DNA from: Octopus sinensis
Lineage: Eukaryota
Direction: 5' to 3'
Length of the DNA stretch: 64,000 bases
Assembly: GCF_006345805.1 (NCBI RefSeq)
Contig: NC_043005.1
Span: 70,370,001-70,434,000 of the forward strand
The translations under genes and the position numbers were made by a program. Shown one piece after another: positions 28,004 through 40,073 of this stretch (position 1 is its first letter; every line of letters starts with the position of its first letter). The notes under the pieces are model-generated. The model saw only the letters and a list, made by a program, of their open reading frames with translations. It was not told where the DNA came from and did no database searches.

Positions 28004-28405
28004 CAAGAGTTACGGAATGGAGTAGAAAGGATCTGGACTACATATATTTCATAGTGAGCAGAACTTCAGAAGTGGTAGAAACCATGTGATGCGTTTGCCA
28101 CCGGTTGCTAGTCGAGCCAAAGATAATTTGATTAGATTGCATTGTCGAAAGGAGGTACATGTTTACGCAAGGAAGATTCAGTTGAATCTTCCTTGCCTCG
28201 ACTTCCATACATATATACAATAGAATCATCCTTGCATTTACTTGTACCTCCTTGCGTCAATCTAACATTTCATCTAATTAAGATATTCTCGGCCTGAAGA
28301 GTAGCCGGCGGTATACTCTTCACTTGGAGTTTACCCCTTCTAAGATTCCGCTTGCTATGAAACATATGTAGCCCGGATCTTATCTACTCCATTCCGTAAC
28401 TTTTG
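28004..28405. mobile_element. Fold-back MITE, probably Tc1/mariner-derived
   Basis: Imperfect inverted arms cover about 170 bp per side (AGTTACGGAATGGAGTAGA.. / ..TCTACTCCATTCCGTAACT; inner AAGGAGGTACA / TGTACCTCCTT). TA lies at the right flank. Confidence 0.75.
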
Positions 28406-28663
28406 TAATCTTATTCGTACAACTCGGCAACCCTGGTCGCCTTCCACGGAATATAAAAATATCTTTTCTCAGATTATCGTTCTTCGATACGAAAATAATC
28501 CATAACCTTCCGTCTCAATAAACCATCTATACATACTAATACCCCACTATATACCTTTTATACATTCAATATTCTCACATATGTACACTTGCGCTCGTAA
28601 TTTACTGCTTATATACCGGCCAAAGTCATATATGCCCATACAAATGTACATACGTATATATAT

Positions 28664-28971
28664 GGTGGAGACACATGGCCTAGTGGGTAGAGCAGCGGAC
28701 TCGCGGTCGAGGGATCGCGGATTCGAATCTCAGACCGGACGATATGTGTGTTTATGAGCGAAACACCTAAGCTCCACGCGGCTCCGGCAGAAGGTAATGG
28801 CGAACATCTATTGACTCTTTCGCCACAACTTTCTCACACTCTTTCCTCCTGCATCTTACAGCTCACCTGCGATGGACCGGGGTCCCGTCCAGGAGGGGAA
28901 CCTGTACGCCAAGAAACCGGGAAACCGGCCCTTATGAGCCAGGCATGGCTCGAGAAGGAAGAAACAACAAC
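28664..28971 (+). mobile_element. tRNA-derived SINE family C (V-domain-like)
   Basis: A-box TGGCCTAGTGG, B-box GATTCGAATC, V-like segment CCTGCGATGGACCGGGGTCCCGTCCAGG and an (AAC)n tail. Confidence 0.75.
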
Positions 28972-29607
28972 GTACATATATACATTATAAAAATTATTCT
29001 TAGAATTATCAAAAAAATTATTTATATGATAAGTGGATAGTATAACTGAACTAAAAAAAAAGCACATATAAAGAAATTCACGGAGAGGATGTCAGACTTT
29101 AATATTTTAATATTATCATATACATTAGCACCCAATTTATATTCTTTAGTCTTGCTTAAAATAGACATGATTCCGAGAACAAGAACACGTTATAATATGA
29201 TTACTAACACCAAACCAATGTACTTCTAAAGTCTTGTTTAGTTTTGTATCCAAACTACCGACGCTTATTTTCTGACAACTCAGCTTTTCTATTATGAATA
29301 TCTCTGCCTTTCTGCACGAAACAAATTGTGTAGCAACATGAGTAATAAAAGCTATAAACCATTTTAACATATAATTTCCTTTATTTGCATAAACATGAAT
29401 GAATTTGTTGAACTGTGTTAAATCATATACTTAATAGTTCTATATAAGTTTTCATATCTACACTGATTTACACTAGTTAATTCAAAAGTAAAGTAAGAAG
29501 AGACAGCGTTAGAAATCTTTGGAAATTACTCCAAATAAAGGACGAACTTGCATTCAACCTTTTATAAGTTATATATATATATAAGTGTATATATATATAA
29601 ATATATA

Positions 29608-29657
<50 letters not shown>

Positions 29658-30012
29658 GTACACACACTCACACACACACACACATGTATATGTGTATATG
29701 TTTCATAATGAAGACATACCGAATCTTTTATCTTTTATCGTTTGCATTTTACTTCTTTCAATTATCAGAAGGCAGCCGTGCTGGCGCCACCGTTTCGAAG
29801 GATTTTAAAGCTATTTTGAAATAGTTTAATGCAGACGTTTGCGTAACATATAGTAGGAGATGCATCCATAACGTAAGATCTTCCTCAGTTAAAACATATA
29901 AAAAATTAAACCGCTTCCTGGAAATAGTCCAATATATACTGTCAGAACTGTAGAATTTGGTTACTAAATGACCAAATTCTGCTGTATACTGAGGAGGAAT
30001 GAAGTAAGATAA

Positions 30013-30049
<37 letters not shown>

Positions 30050-30582
30050 GAAACAGAGAGGAGGGACGGAGAGAGAGAAAACTGTAGGAAAGAAAGGGAG
30101 TAAAGAGGAATGAAAGGCGAAAAGGAAAGAAAATGTGCAAGAGAATAATATAAAAAATAATGAAGATGTACTGGTGAGATTACTTACAAAATGTGAAGAG
30201 TCCATATTATTTGTACATGTTTATTACATTCTGCAAGGGGACAGTTTAACATACGCTTCGCAGTTTTTCTTTCACCGTCTTCGTCAGTTACACTATATTA
30301 CCTCCCTTTTCCGTCATAAGATAAGTGCTTTATCGTGGCTAAGAGTTGTTTTGTTGCTGATTTCTAGCAATACTACTAGCTTACTACTATTCTTGGTCAG
30401 TTTAGAAACGTCTATAGTTCTGCCTTTCGGTTATAAATTGCGAATAAGTAACCTTTCTTTTATATATACATATATACATGCATACATACATACATACATA
30501 CATATATACATATATATATACATATATATATATATTTATAAAATGTGTAGTGGGTATATATATATATATATATATATATATA

Positions 30583-30738
30583 GGCATAGGGGTGGCCATG
30601 TGGTAAGTAGCTTGCTTACGAACCATATGGTTCCGGGTTCAGTCCCACTGCGCGGCATCTTGTCTTCTACTATAACCTAGAGCCGACCAAAGCCTTGTGA
30701 GTGGAAATTGGTAGACGGAAACTGAAAGAAGCCCGTCG

Positions 30739-30801
<63 letters not shown>

Positions 30802-31020
30802 GTGTGTGTGTGTGTCTGTGTGTGTCTGTGTTTGTTCCATCCAATATCGCTTGACAAACGATGCTGCTGTGCTCACGTCCCCGTAACTTAGCGGTTCGGC
30901 AAAAGAGACCAATATAATAAGTACTAGACTTACAAAGAATAAGTCCTGGGTTCGATTTGCTCGACTAAAGGCGGTGCTCCAGCATGGCCACAGTGAAATC
31001 ACTGAAACAAGTGAAAAGAG
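30583..31020 (+). mobile_element. SINE family B, full length
   Basis: Matches 18678-19077 and 37336-37751; internal (TA)n(TG)n. Confidence 0.9.
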
Positions 31021-31034
31021 TATATATATATATA

Positions 31035-31067
<33 letters not shown>

Positions 31068-31388
31068 CCAATTAAGGACTGAACACGAAAAGTGGACAGT
31101 CAACATGCTAGATATAGACGTCAAATCGCCATTCACCACAAAAGATTATGTTCTCAGATCAAACTCAGCACAAAACCATAGCAATAGCAATATGGTTTTG
31201 TGCTGAGTTTGATCTGAGAACATAATCTTTTGTGGTGAATGGCGATTTGACGTCTATATCTAGCATGTTGACTGTCCACTTTTCGTGTTCAGTCCTTAAT
31301 TGGTATATATAAATATTTTAATCTTCGGATTCTTTTTTAATATGCTAGACCACTGGTCCTAATTGATAAATATCAATTTCTACCCTTA

Positions 31389-31397
<9 letters not shown>
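31068..31397. mobile_element. (TA)n-embedded insert with a 113-bp perfect palindrome plus unique tail
   Basis: Arms at 31068-31180 and 31191-31303 with spacer GCAATAGCAA. The tail runs to about 31397, then (TA)n. Confidence 0.85.
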
Positions 31398-31419
<22 letters not shown>

Positions 31420-32248
31420 TATAATATATTATATAATATAAATGTAAGTATACATTTTTGTTTGTTTTTTTAATACATACTTGTATGATCGATACCATCA
31501 TTATGATGTGTTTTCTTTTGATATTTGATTAGTGGCCAGCAAAATTCACACCGGTTACTAATAAGGCTATTTTCTTTGTGGCACAGGCGCTCTGATATTC
31601 TGGGAATATATTAACGAGTGTGCGCATAAATATGTGTGCAATAATAAACATACTTGCAATCAGTATGCAGGTGTGCATTTCCTTAATCATTGGGTATTAT
31701 TATATGCAGACATGATTGTGTCTTTATGTTAATTCCAGGACACTTGAAGATTTATCTGTTTTTGTTTTGCTTTTGTTTTTTTTTGTGGGGGGGCGGATTC
31801 CTTTACAAGTCTTTATTACCATTAATCGATTAGAGTTGAGGGTAAGGATCAGTTTATTTTCTTTTTTCCGTGTTTCATTCTATGCAAAAAACTGTTGTTA
31901 CAAATTCTACACAACGTTGATATTTGTTACAAAGGAAATTTATTGACTTAATAGACTTCTCCTTTGTTCTTCTCTACTTTTTTTTCGCATTTGTTTCTCA
32001 GCTTATATTTGTTGCTAAGATTGCCTCCGCGACAATGCGTAAATATTTACGTTTCCGATAGAACTATGATCTATTGTATTTCTATTGAATTGTTGTGTTT
32101 ATTATAATCTTCCATTCCATTTTTTCAATTGTTTCATAGTCTCTTTAAATTGACATTTGCAGCATCCCAGAGGCCATTTTTCTTATTCATTGTTTAAGTA
32201 ACTGGACTTTGGTCATGGTGGGGTACCGCCATCAAGTGTTAGTTGATC

Positions 32249-32664
32249 TATTTCTTTACTACCCACAAGGGGCTAAACACAGAAGGGACAAACAAATCCA
32301 GACAAACAGATTACGTCGATTACATCGACCCTAGTGCGTAACTGGTACTTATTTAATCGACCCCGAAAGGATGAAAGGCAAAGTCGACCACGGCGGAATT
32401 TGAACTCAGAACGTAACGGCAGACGAAATACCTATTTCTTTACTACCCACAAGGGGCTAAACACAGAGAGGACAAAACAAGGACACACAAACGGATTAAG
32501 TCGATTATATCGACCCCAGTGCGTAACAGGCACTTACTTAATCGACCCCGAAAGGACGAAAGGCAAAGTCGACCTCGGCGGAATTTGAACTTAGAACGTA
32601 AAGTCAGGCGAAATACTGCTAAGCATTTCGCCCGGCGTGCTACCGTTTCTGCCTGCACACCGCC
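32249..32664 (-). mobile_element. SINE family A dimer with 15-bp TSD, nested in an old SINE B copy
   Basis: AAGTGTTAGTTGATC occurs at 32234-32248 and 32672-32686. The flanks join into a decayed B body. Confidence 0.88.
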
Positions 32665-35291
32665 TTCCATTAAGTGTTAGTTGATCAAATCAACCACGAG
32701 ATTTCTTTTAAGCACGGTACATATTCAATAGAGTCTTTTGCTAAACTGCTAAGTTACGGGATGGGCGAAAACAACACCAGTTTTCAAGCAATGATAGACG
32801 CGCACAATCAAAGACACGCCCAGGCATACACGTATAGACACAATCATAAATGTTTATACATACAGGCTGTGTTTACGTCCCCAAAACTTGGTAGTTCGGC
32901 AAACGGGACCGTTAGAATAAGTACTAGATTTGCAAAGAATAAGTCCTGGAGTCGATTTGTTCGACTTCAGGTGGTACTCCAGCATGGCCGTGGTTAAAAG
33001 ACTGGAACAAGTAAAAGAATATACTACTGGTTTTCGCATACTTTTCGTCTAACAAATTCATTCACAAACCATCAGTCATTCAAACTCTAGTAAAAGAAAC
33101 CGACACCAGGTGCTGAGCAGCCGAATCTATGTAGATGCAAAGCACCATTCCCGCGCCAAAATACACAAACACACATACATACACATATTCTCTAATCATA
33201 TCTTACTGTTTTGGTACTCAATAGCTTGTTCTTGTTTCTCAAATCCAAAGGCATGTCCTATCAGTAGGATAGGATATATCTGTAAAAGATTGTACGTTCT
33301 GTCAAATTTGTTAGGTATCTTCAAGTTGCAGGATGACCATCCATAAATAACGTTCTGCTGTTATGCTCAGTGATTCACCTATAATTTCCGCTTAGTTTGG
33401 TTAGTCCAAATTCCCGTGGTTCACGTGATTGAAGAATGTCAAAATATCAACGGACTGAAAAAGGCAGTGTATTTACCCAACTTTTTTTTATACTGTATCT
33501 AAGATTTTTGCTTCTCGAACCACAAATAAACCAGATTTAGAAATTTAATACCATTCTATTGAGAGTATTTCAAACAACCAAACTCTGCCTGAAAAAGCTT
33601 AACATAGCCAGAACACCAAACTTCGGTATGCAAATAACTATACTTTATCAATCCATTGTTTTCAGCATAATCTGATCGCTTTGCTCAGATTGTAGATAAT
33701 TGTAAATATCAAAATGATTGCACAATCTGTTCAAAGGATTAATTCCATATTTCTGTAGAACCCAAACAATCTATTTTCTGAAATATTTACATAATTTCAC
33801 GTGTAGAAAAAAAATATTTTACCAGTATCATAGATGATGAAACATTACTGCATACACTTGTTGGAAAGGCATATAGATAAAGAATTCTTGAGAAGCCATA
33901 ACAAAAGATATGACTAGTTCTAGGGTGTTGACGCACAGAAAATGATGAGAAGTGAGAGTTGTGTGCGTCAGAAACGCTTGTTCGCTGTGACTTGGGTTTT
34001 GTTTGCTGCACAGAGGAGCTGTTAAAGTGGTGATAGAAAATGAAGAGAGAAGACAAAAGTTGCTGGTGCGTCTTTAAGTGGTTGTACGCCAATATCTATC
34101 TATCAGTATTCATTTATCTTTCTCCCTTTTTCTTCCTCCCTTCTCTCTCTCCCTCTCTCTCTCTCTTTCTCTGAATATATATAATATATATATATAGAGA
34201 GAGAGAGAAATGAGGGAGGGGAGAGAGAAATAGAGTTACGTGTGTATACATATGCATACGCAAATACATATACATACATATACACATATACATATATATA
34301 TTCACACACACCTTACAATGACATATGTGCATGATGCTAAGACGCACCTACACACACAAATATATAATATATAGGCACAACACCATACACATACAAACAC
34401 TCACGCACGCACACACACACTGCAATCATCATCGGTCCGTCGTGCTTGAGCGAGAAAGTATTCGTTCTTTTTCAGAACGAATTTACCGAGAACCAAAACC
34501 ATGAATTATTGATTTCTTGCCCTCACATATCGAGGTTCTTGATTTGTAATCTATTATACCGCCTAATGGATGAAGCATTATGAACTGTTTTATTGAGCTG
34601 TCCGACAGAATGTATTGCATCTTAAACGCTACTTTTCTGTTGAGCAGTACATTTTATTGTTTTGGCTACTTGCCTGCTTTATATTATTAATGCCTAGTCT
34701 CGATAAAATTTTAATGTATTTATCTTATTTGTTTTTTTCGCAAATTCCATTCCTTTTACATTTTTCACTCTAATCTCTCCGAATACTAAAGAAAATTTGT
34801 TTTTTAAACTTTCTTTTTCAATAGCACCTTATTTCTATTCCACTTTGCACCTTTCAATATAACGTTTGTCTGCTATGAATAGCTTCGCATAGGAAAATCT
34901 TAAATAAGGTTAATTTAAATAAGTTTACTTTCCATAAACCGTTATATATTTATGCATACACGCGTAACTCGGTTTTGTTTAAATCTGTATTTTCCAAGAA
35001 GTACCTGGTAGCTATTTCAAAAGTTCTTTGTTTAAAGACCTGGGAGTGTTCTTGTGTCAGTATGAGAGTGGCTAGTTTAATAAGAATCGATGTATGTATA
35101 GGCAGTTACACAAACGCACACACACACAGACACATAGGTAGATATATACCTACATACATATACACATTTATTTGTTAAAATTCCTGTGTAATATGGCAAT
35201 ACACGTATATTGTGTAGGTATATACATATATATATATATATATATTTAAAAAAGGAGATGTGGGACACGAGTTGTGATATATAAAAAAAGG

Positions 35292-35577
35292 AAATGAAGA
35301 AAATGCTGACAAAATAATTTAAGTAAGGGAGAGTGTATTTAATTAAGTGAAAGTTCTTTTTACCGGTTGCGCATTTGTTATGCTTATCAAAAGATATTTT
35401 TTTAAGAGAGATAGAGTTCCTTTCTGATAGATTTTTTCTCTATCAGAAAGGAACTCTATCTCTCCTTAAAAATATCTTTTGATAAGCATAACAAATGCGC
35501 AACCGGTAAAAAGAACTTTCACTTAATTAAATACACTCTCCCTTACTTAAATTATTTTGTCAGCATTTTCTTCATTT
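35292..35577. repeat. Near-perfect ~140-bp-arm palindrome between TA runs, with a hammerhead-like motif in each arm
   Basis: Arms at 35292-35431 and 35439-35577 with a 7-nt spacer. The only difference I saw is a small indel region near 35396-35406. Confidence 0.88.
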
Positions 35578-35639
35578 ACTTTATATATATATATATATAA
35601 ATATAGGTGTTTGAGTGTTTGTATGCATGCATGGATATA

Positions 35640-36027
35640 TGTATGTCATTATTCAGCTTTATTTCAAGATTTCTTGCCAATAGAAGAGCTGGCTTCTAAC
35701 GTACATCCAAGGCTCCTTCAATGGAATTTCAACATCAACAGGATACTTTTGTATGTGAGTTTACATGCAGATTTGTATTTATATATATTTTTTATGTGTG
35801 CGTTTTCATGCATATAGTTGTATATCTAGACAGGCTAATATATATTTGAATTATAAGCTTCAGGGAAGTTTTAGAGATTTTTACAGTTCCAGTGAAGGCT
35901 TGAATCTCTAGTCTTCGAATCAGCTTTCACCTTTCTAGTTTTGAGTGTGGTACATATCCCAATGCCCCAATAATTACAGATACAAACCTAAACTTGTAAT
36001 CAGGATAGAATAACAGCAGATTTCTCA

Positions 36028-36060
<33 letters not shown>

Positions 36061-36170
36061 TGTATGTATGTATGTATGCATGCATGCATGCATGCATGTA
36101 TGTATGTATGTATGTATGTATGTATGTATGAATGACGGAAATCTTGATCTCTAACGTCACGTCCCAGTTG
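35640..36170 (-). mobile_element. R4/Dong-like non-LTR retrotransposon 3' end (restriction-like endonuclease C-terminus)
   Basis: LRNLLLFYPDYKFRFVSVIIGALGYVP..KLIRRLEIQAFTGTVKISKT. A (TATG)n array interrupts it. Confidence 0.7.
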
Positions 36171-36710
36171 TATTAGATCGCAGAAAATTACGTTATTTAC
36201 CTTCAAATGATCTCTCTTATGCACTTGTAGTGTATGAAAGCACTCGTAATTATAACGTTGACAGAGCTGATTCGTTTTCTACAGCCGCCAGAAGTGCATG
36301 ATCACATAATTACTCCCTACTCCGCTCTTCTCAGTGACATACCCAGCAGCGACATTGCTCTAGTATCCACCTACGTATGTATATATGCGTGAGAACTTAA
36401 AGATTTTTGGCTTGATAACCAAGTCTACACTTAGCCTACCAGAGTGTGTAGCACGTTGAACCGTGGCAAAGGCAACTAACGAAGGTGAAAACCTCCAATA
36501 GAAAAATCTGAGCTATAATGGTAATCGTGTAAATAATTACACGAACAGTCTGTTGTGAGCATTTCCGAAAATTGTGGAAGGCAAATCGCCTGTGTCGGTA
36601 GTCTGACAAATATATTATTAGTTTCAAATTTTGGCACAAGGCCAGTAATTTCGTGGGAAGGATTAAGTCGATTATATCGACTCCAATGCGCAAATGGTAC
36701 ATATTTTGAA

Positions 36711-36938
36711 GGCGACGAGCTGGCAGAAACATTAGCACGCCGGGCGAAATGCTTAGCGGTATTTCGTCTGCGTTACGTTGTGAGTTCAAATTCCGCCGAG
36801 GTCGACTTTGCCTTTCATCCTTTCGGGGTCGATAAATTAAGTACCAGCTACGCACTGGGATCGATGTAATCGACTTAATGCCTATGTCTGTCCTTGTTTG
36901 TCCCCTCTGTGTTTAGCCCCTTGTGGGTAATAAAGAAA
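36711..36938 (+). mobile_element. SINE family A inserted into an opposite-strand older SINE A (36618-37077)
   Basis: Imperfect TSD AAATGGTACATATTTT (36692-36707) / AATTGGTACTTATTTT (36937-36952). Confidence 0.85.
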
Positions 36939-37335
36939 TTGGTACTTATTTTTATGGACCACGAAAGAATGAAAGGTAAGTCGACCACGGCAAAATTTGA
37001 ACTTAAAACATAAAAACGAACGAAATGACCCTAAGCATTTTGCTTGGAGTCCTAAAGATTCTTCACGCTCGCTGCCTTTCTGACAGATATAATATCTGCT
37101 GTTCAGTTTCCATTCGTGTGAAAGATCTGTCGAGCAAATAAATTACTGGTGATCTGGTTATGCCGGCTGCTTAAGGATTTGCCTCCCTTGTCAGTGAATG
37201 AGATAGTGCATATTGCAGCTATGAGTTGTTTTGAATCTTATTTCTAGCAATATTCGTGCTGACGCATATATGTGTGTGTGTGTGTGTGTATGTGTGTATA
37301 CATACATACATACATACATACACATATATATATAT

Positions 37336-37750
37336 GAGTGGCTGTGTGGTAAGTAGCTTGCTTAACAGCCACAGTGTTCCGCATTCAGTCTCGCTGCGTG
37401 GCACCTTGGGCAAGTGTCTTCTACTATAGCCGTGGGCCGACCAAAGCCTTGTGAGTGAATTTGGTAGACGGAAACTGAAAGAAGCCCGTCGTATATATGT
37501 ACATTTATATGTATGTGTGTGTATATGTTTGTGTTTCTGTGTCCCCCCCCACATAGCTTGACAACCGATGCTAGTGTGTTTACCTCCCCGTAACTTAGCA
37601 TTTCGGCAAAAGCGACCGATAGAATAAGTACTAGGCTTACAAAGAATAAGTCCTGGGGTCGATTTGCTCGACTAAAGGCGGTGCTCCAGCATGGCCGCAG
37701 TCAAATGACTGAAACAAGTAGAAGAGAGTAAAAGAGTAAAAGAGTAAAGA

Positions 37751-37751
<1 letters not shown>
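37336..37751 (+). mobile_element. SINE family B
   Basis: Head-to-tail match, with an (AGAGTAAA)n tail. Confidence 0.9.
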
Positions 37752-37782
<31 letters not shown>

Positions 37783-37865
37783 GTAGGTCCCGGGTTGATT
37801 CGGGGTTAACCACAGTAAATAAGGTACTCAATACATAGCAGAGTAAAATTAATTTATTATATAGA

Positions 37866-37922
37866 AGGAGCTTCTACAGGACTAGAACTGTTTCATTCAA
37901 GAGAAATCTTCAGGAAGCTCCT
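37866..37922 (-). ncRNA. Type I hammerhead ribozyme
   Basis: AGGAGCUUC-CUGAAGA-UUUC(UCUU)GAAU-GAA-ACAG(UUCUAGUC)CUGU-A-GAAGCUCCU: 9-bp stem I, intact core, 4-bp stem III and a GUA site. Stem II is weak. Confidence 0.75.
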
Positions 37923-37975
37923 GAGCTTCCTGAAGATTTCTCTTGAATGAAACAGTTCTAGTCCTGTAGAAGCTC
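37923..37975 (+). ncRNA. Type I hammerhead ribozyme (mirror copy)
   Basis: The same fold with a 7-bp stem I, GAGCUUC/GAAGCUC. Confidence 0.72.
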
Positions 37976-38034
37976 CTTCTATATAATAAATATATATATA
38001 TGTATGTATGTATGAATGTATGTACGTATATATA

Positions 38035-39173
38035 TTGTGTTGGCAAGAATATCATTTTTTTCCATACAAAGAATAAATTTAATTATATATTTTCCATTTT
38101 CTTCGATGACCTATAGCCATCTGTCTGACAACTCTACCATTCCGCGCTCATATTATCAACCAATAACTGGAGCAAAGTCAATTTCTGGTCATCATCAATT
38201 ATAAAACGTTTTACCATTCAAAGAATTTTGTAAACTTCGAAATGAATGATAATCTAATGGCGTAAGGACAGGGCTATATGGTGGATGTGACATCACTTTT
38301 CAACCAAGTTCCAATAACTTTTCACGAGTTAGCAAACTCCTGAGTGCTCTAGCATTGTCATGATAGTACACGAGTCCTTTATGATTTACCAACTCTGGCC
38401 GTTTTTTCTTGATTGCTTCCTCCAGTTTCATTAGTTATTGACAGTAAACATCTGAATTGATCGTTTGTTTCCCTGGAAGCAGCTCAAAATACACAACACC
38501 TTTGTATTCTCACCAAATTGAATACATGACCAAGTTTTGATGCAATTCAGCTTTCGATGTGGTGTGTGCTGGTTCATTACGCTTGGACCATAATCTGTGA
38601 TTATTCATTTCAAGAAAAGGTCGATTTCTTTGCGTTTGAGATGCATATTGCAAATTTTGTTTCGTTGTGTTAAGTGAATCTCTTTCAATTTATCTGTAAC
38701 CCAAATATCGAGCTTCTTAAGGACTCCAAGTTATTTTAAATGATATTCAGTTGTGTGTGACACATTTAACGTCTCTGCAATATCTCGCACAATTACATAG
38801 CAATCAGATTCAATTATGGCTTTGATTTGGTCATCATCATCTTCAGTATGTCGACCAGAACGTCGTTCATCTTTGAATTTTTTAAAGCCATTTCTGACAT
38901 GTGTGTTCTCTTAATCAATTAACACCATAAACTTCACACATCTCTTTGTGAGCCTCAGCAGATTTCTTATAAAAATAAAAAGCATATATGGCGAAATAGT
39001 CGATTTTGCACTCCGTTTTATAATTGACACTGAACTAACAGCTGTAAACAATATAATGCGCAGTTTGCTTAGAAAGTAATTGTCAAAATGAAAAAGCATA
39101 AATGTGACAAAAGTTATTTTTTAAAATCGTAATTCTATTTGCGAAAAACGAAATTACTTTCTTGCCAAACCAA
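38035..39173 (-). mobile_element. Mariner transposon, decayed, both TIRs present
   Basis: TIRs TTGTGTTGGCAAGAA / TTCTTGCCAAACCAA. Motifs DERRSGR, KKLDIWV, GVVYFELLPGKQTINSDVYC, DNARA and HPPYSP.L.PLDYH.FRSLQN. Confidence 0.88.
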
Positions 39174-39177
39174 CAGT

Positions 39178-39258
<81 letters not shown>
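39178..39258. repeat. (GATA)n microsatellite
   Basis: Direct reading. Confidence 0.95.
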
Positions 39259-39259
<1 letters not shown>

Positions 39260-39323
39260 TTGATAGAAAGGGAGAGAGATATAAACTCCCATGTATATGT
39301 GTATATGTATGTATGCATATATA

Positions 39324-39405
<82 letters not shown>

Positions 39406-39769
39406 ACTTATATATGAAGCACAAGCATATAGTGCTCCATTACGACTATAGTTGCATGGCTGAAACGAATAAAGGAATAATACATACATACACATTAATA
39501 TAAATTATGTAGAAACCCGCACAGACTTACACAACTTTTCACAGTTATATTCATGTTCGACGTGTCCAGCCAACTGCATCTGATTAACGTTTATTCCATC
39601 ATTTATTTCCTTCTAAAATTCTGCCATTCAAAGAAACAACCTTTCACTAAATTACTAAGGACTTTATGATCCAAATATTCCCAAGGTGAATTTGAGAAGT
39701 TGTAAATCTAGGAACACGCATCTCCCTCTCTCTCCTGCCTTTCCCTCTCTCACTCTCTCACTTTCTCTC

Positions 39770-39817
<48 letters not shown>

Positions 39818-39988
39818 ATATAATATATATATATATATTATATATATATATATTATATAACTACATATGTATGTATATATATATAGTTATATATAATTGT
39901 ATAAGTATATATATAAATTTTATATATAAATATATATGTTTACATAGTATATTATATATATATACACGTATAATAATAATTACACACG

Positions 39989-40030
<42 letters not shown>

Positions 40031-40037
<7 letters not shown>

Positions 40038-40073
40038 ATATTTCGGAATGGTCATATTGCCAGTTTAGCCAAT
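40031..40073. mobile_element. 43-bp terminal fragment of the 1326-1653 family inside (TA)n
   Basis: TATTGTTATATTTCGGAATGGTCATATTGCCAGTTTAGCCAAT matches 1383-1425. Confidence 0.75.

Larger units (their letters stand above)
37783..37991. mobile_element. (TA)n-embedded PLE-like element: 69-bp-arm perfect palindrome plus tail
   Basis: Arms at 37852-37920 and 37923-37991 with spacer CT. The segment 37783-37851 is unique. TA runs lie on both sides. Confidence 0.85.

Noticed and set aside
28664-28740. tRNA gene
   Set aside because: A and B boxes are present, but there is no proper acceptor stem and it continues into a SINE body and tail.
30135-30680. 181-aa ORF
   Set aside because: It runs through a microsatellite and a SINE head and has no domain signal.
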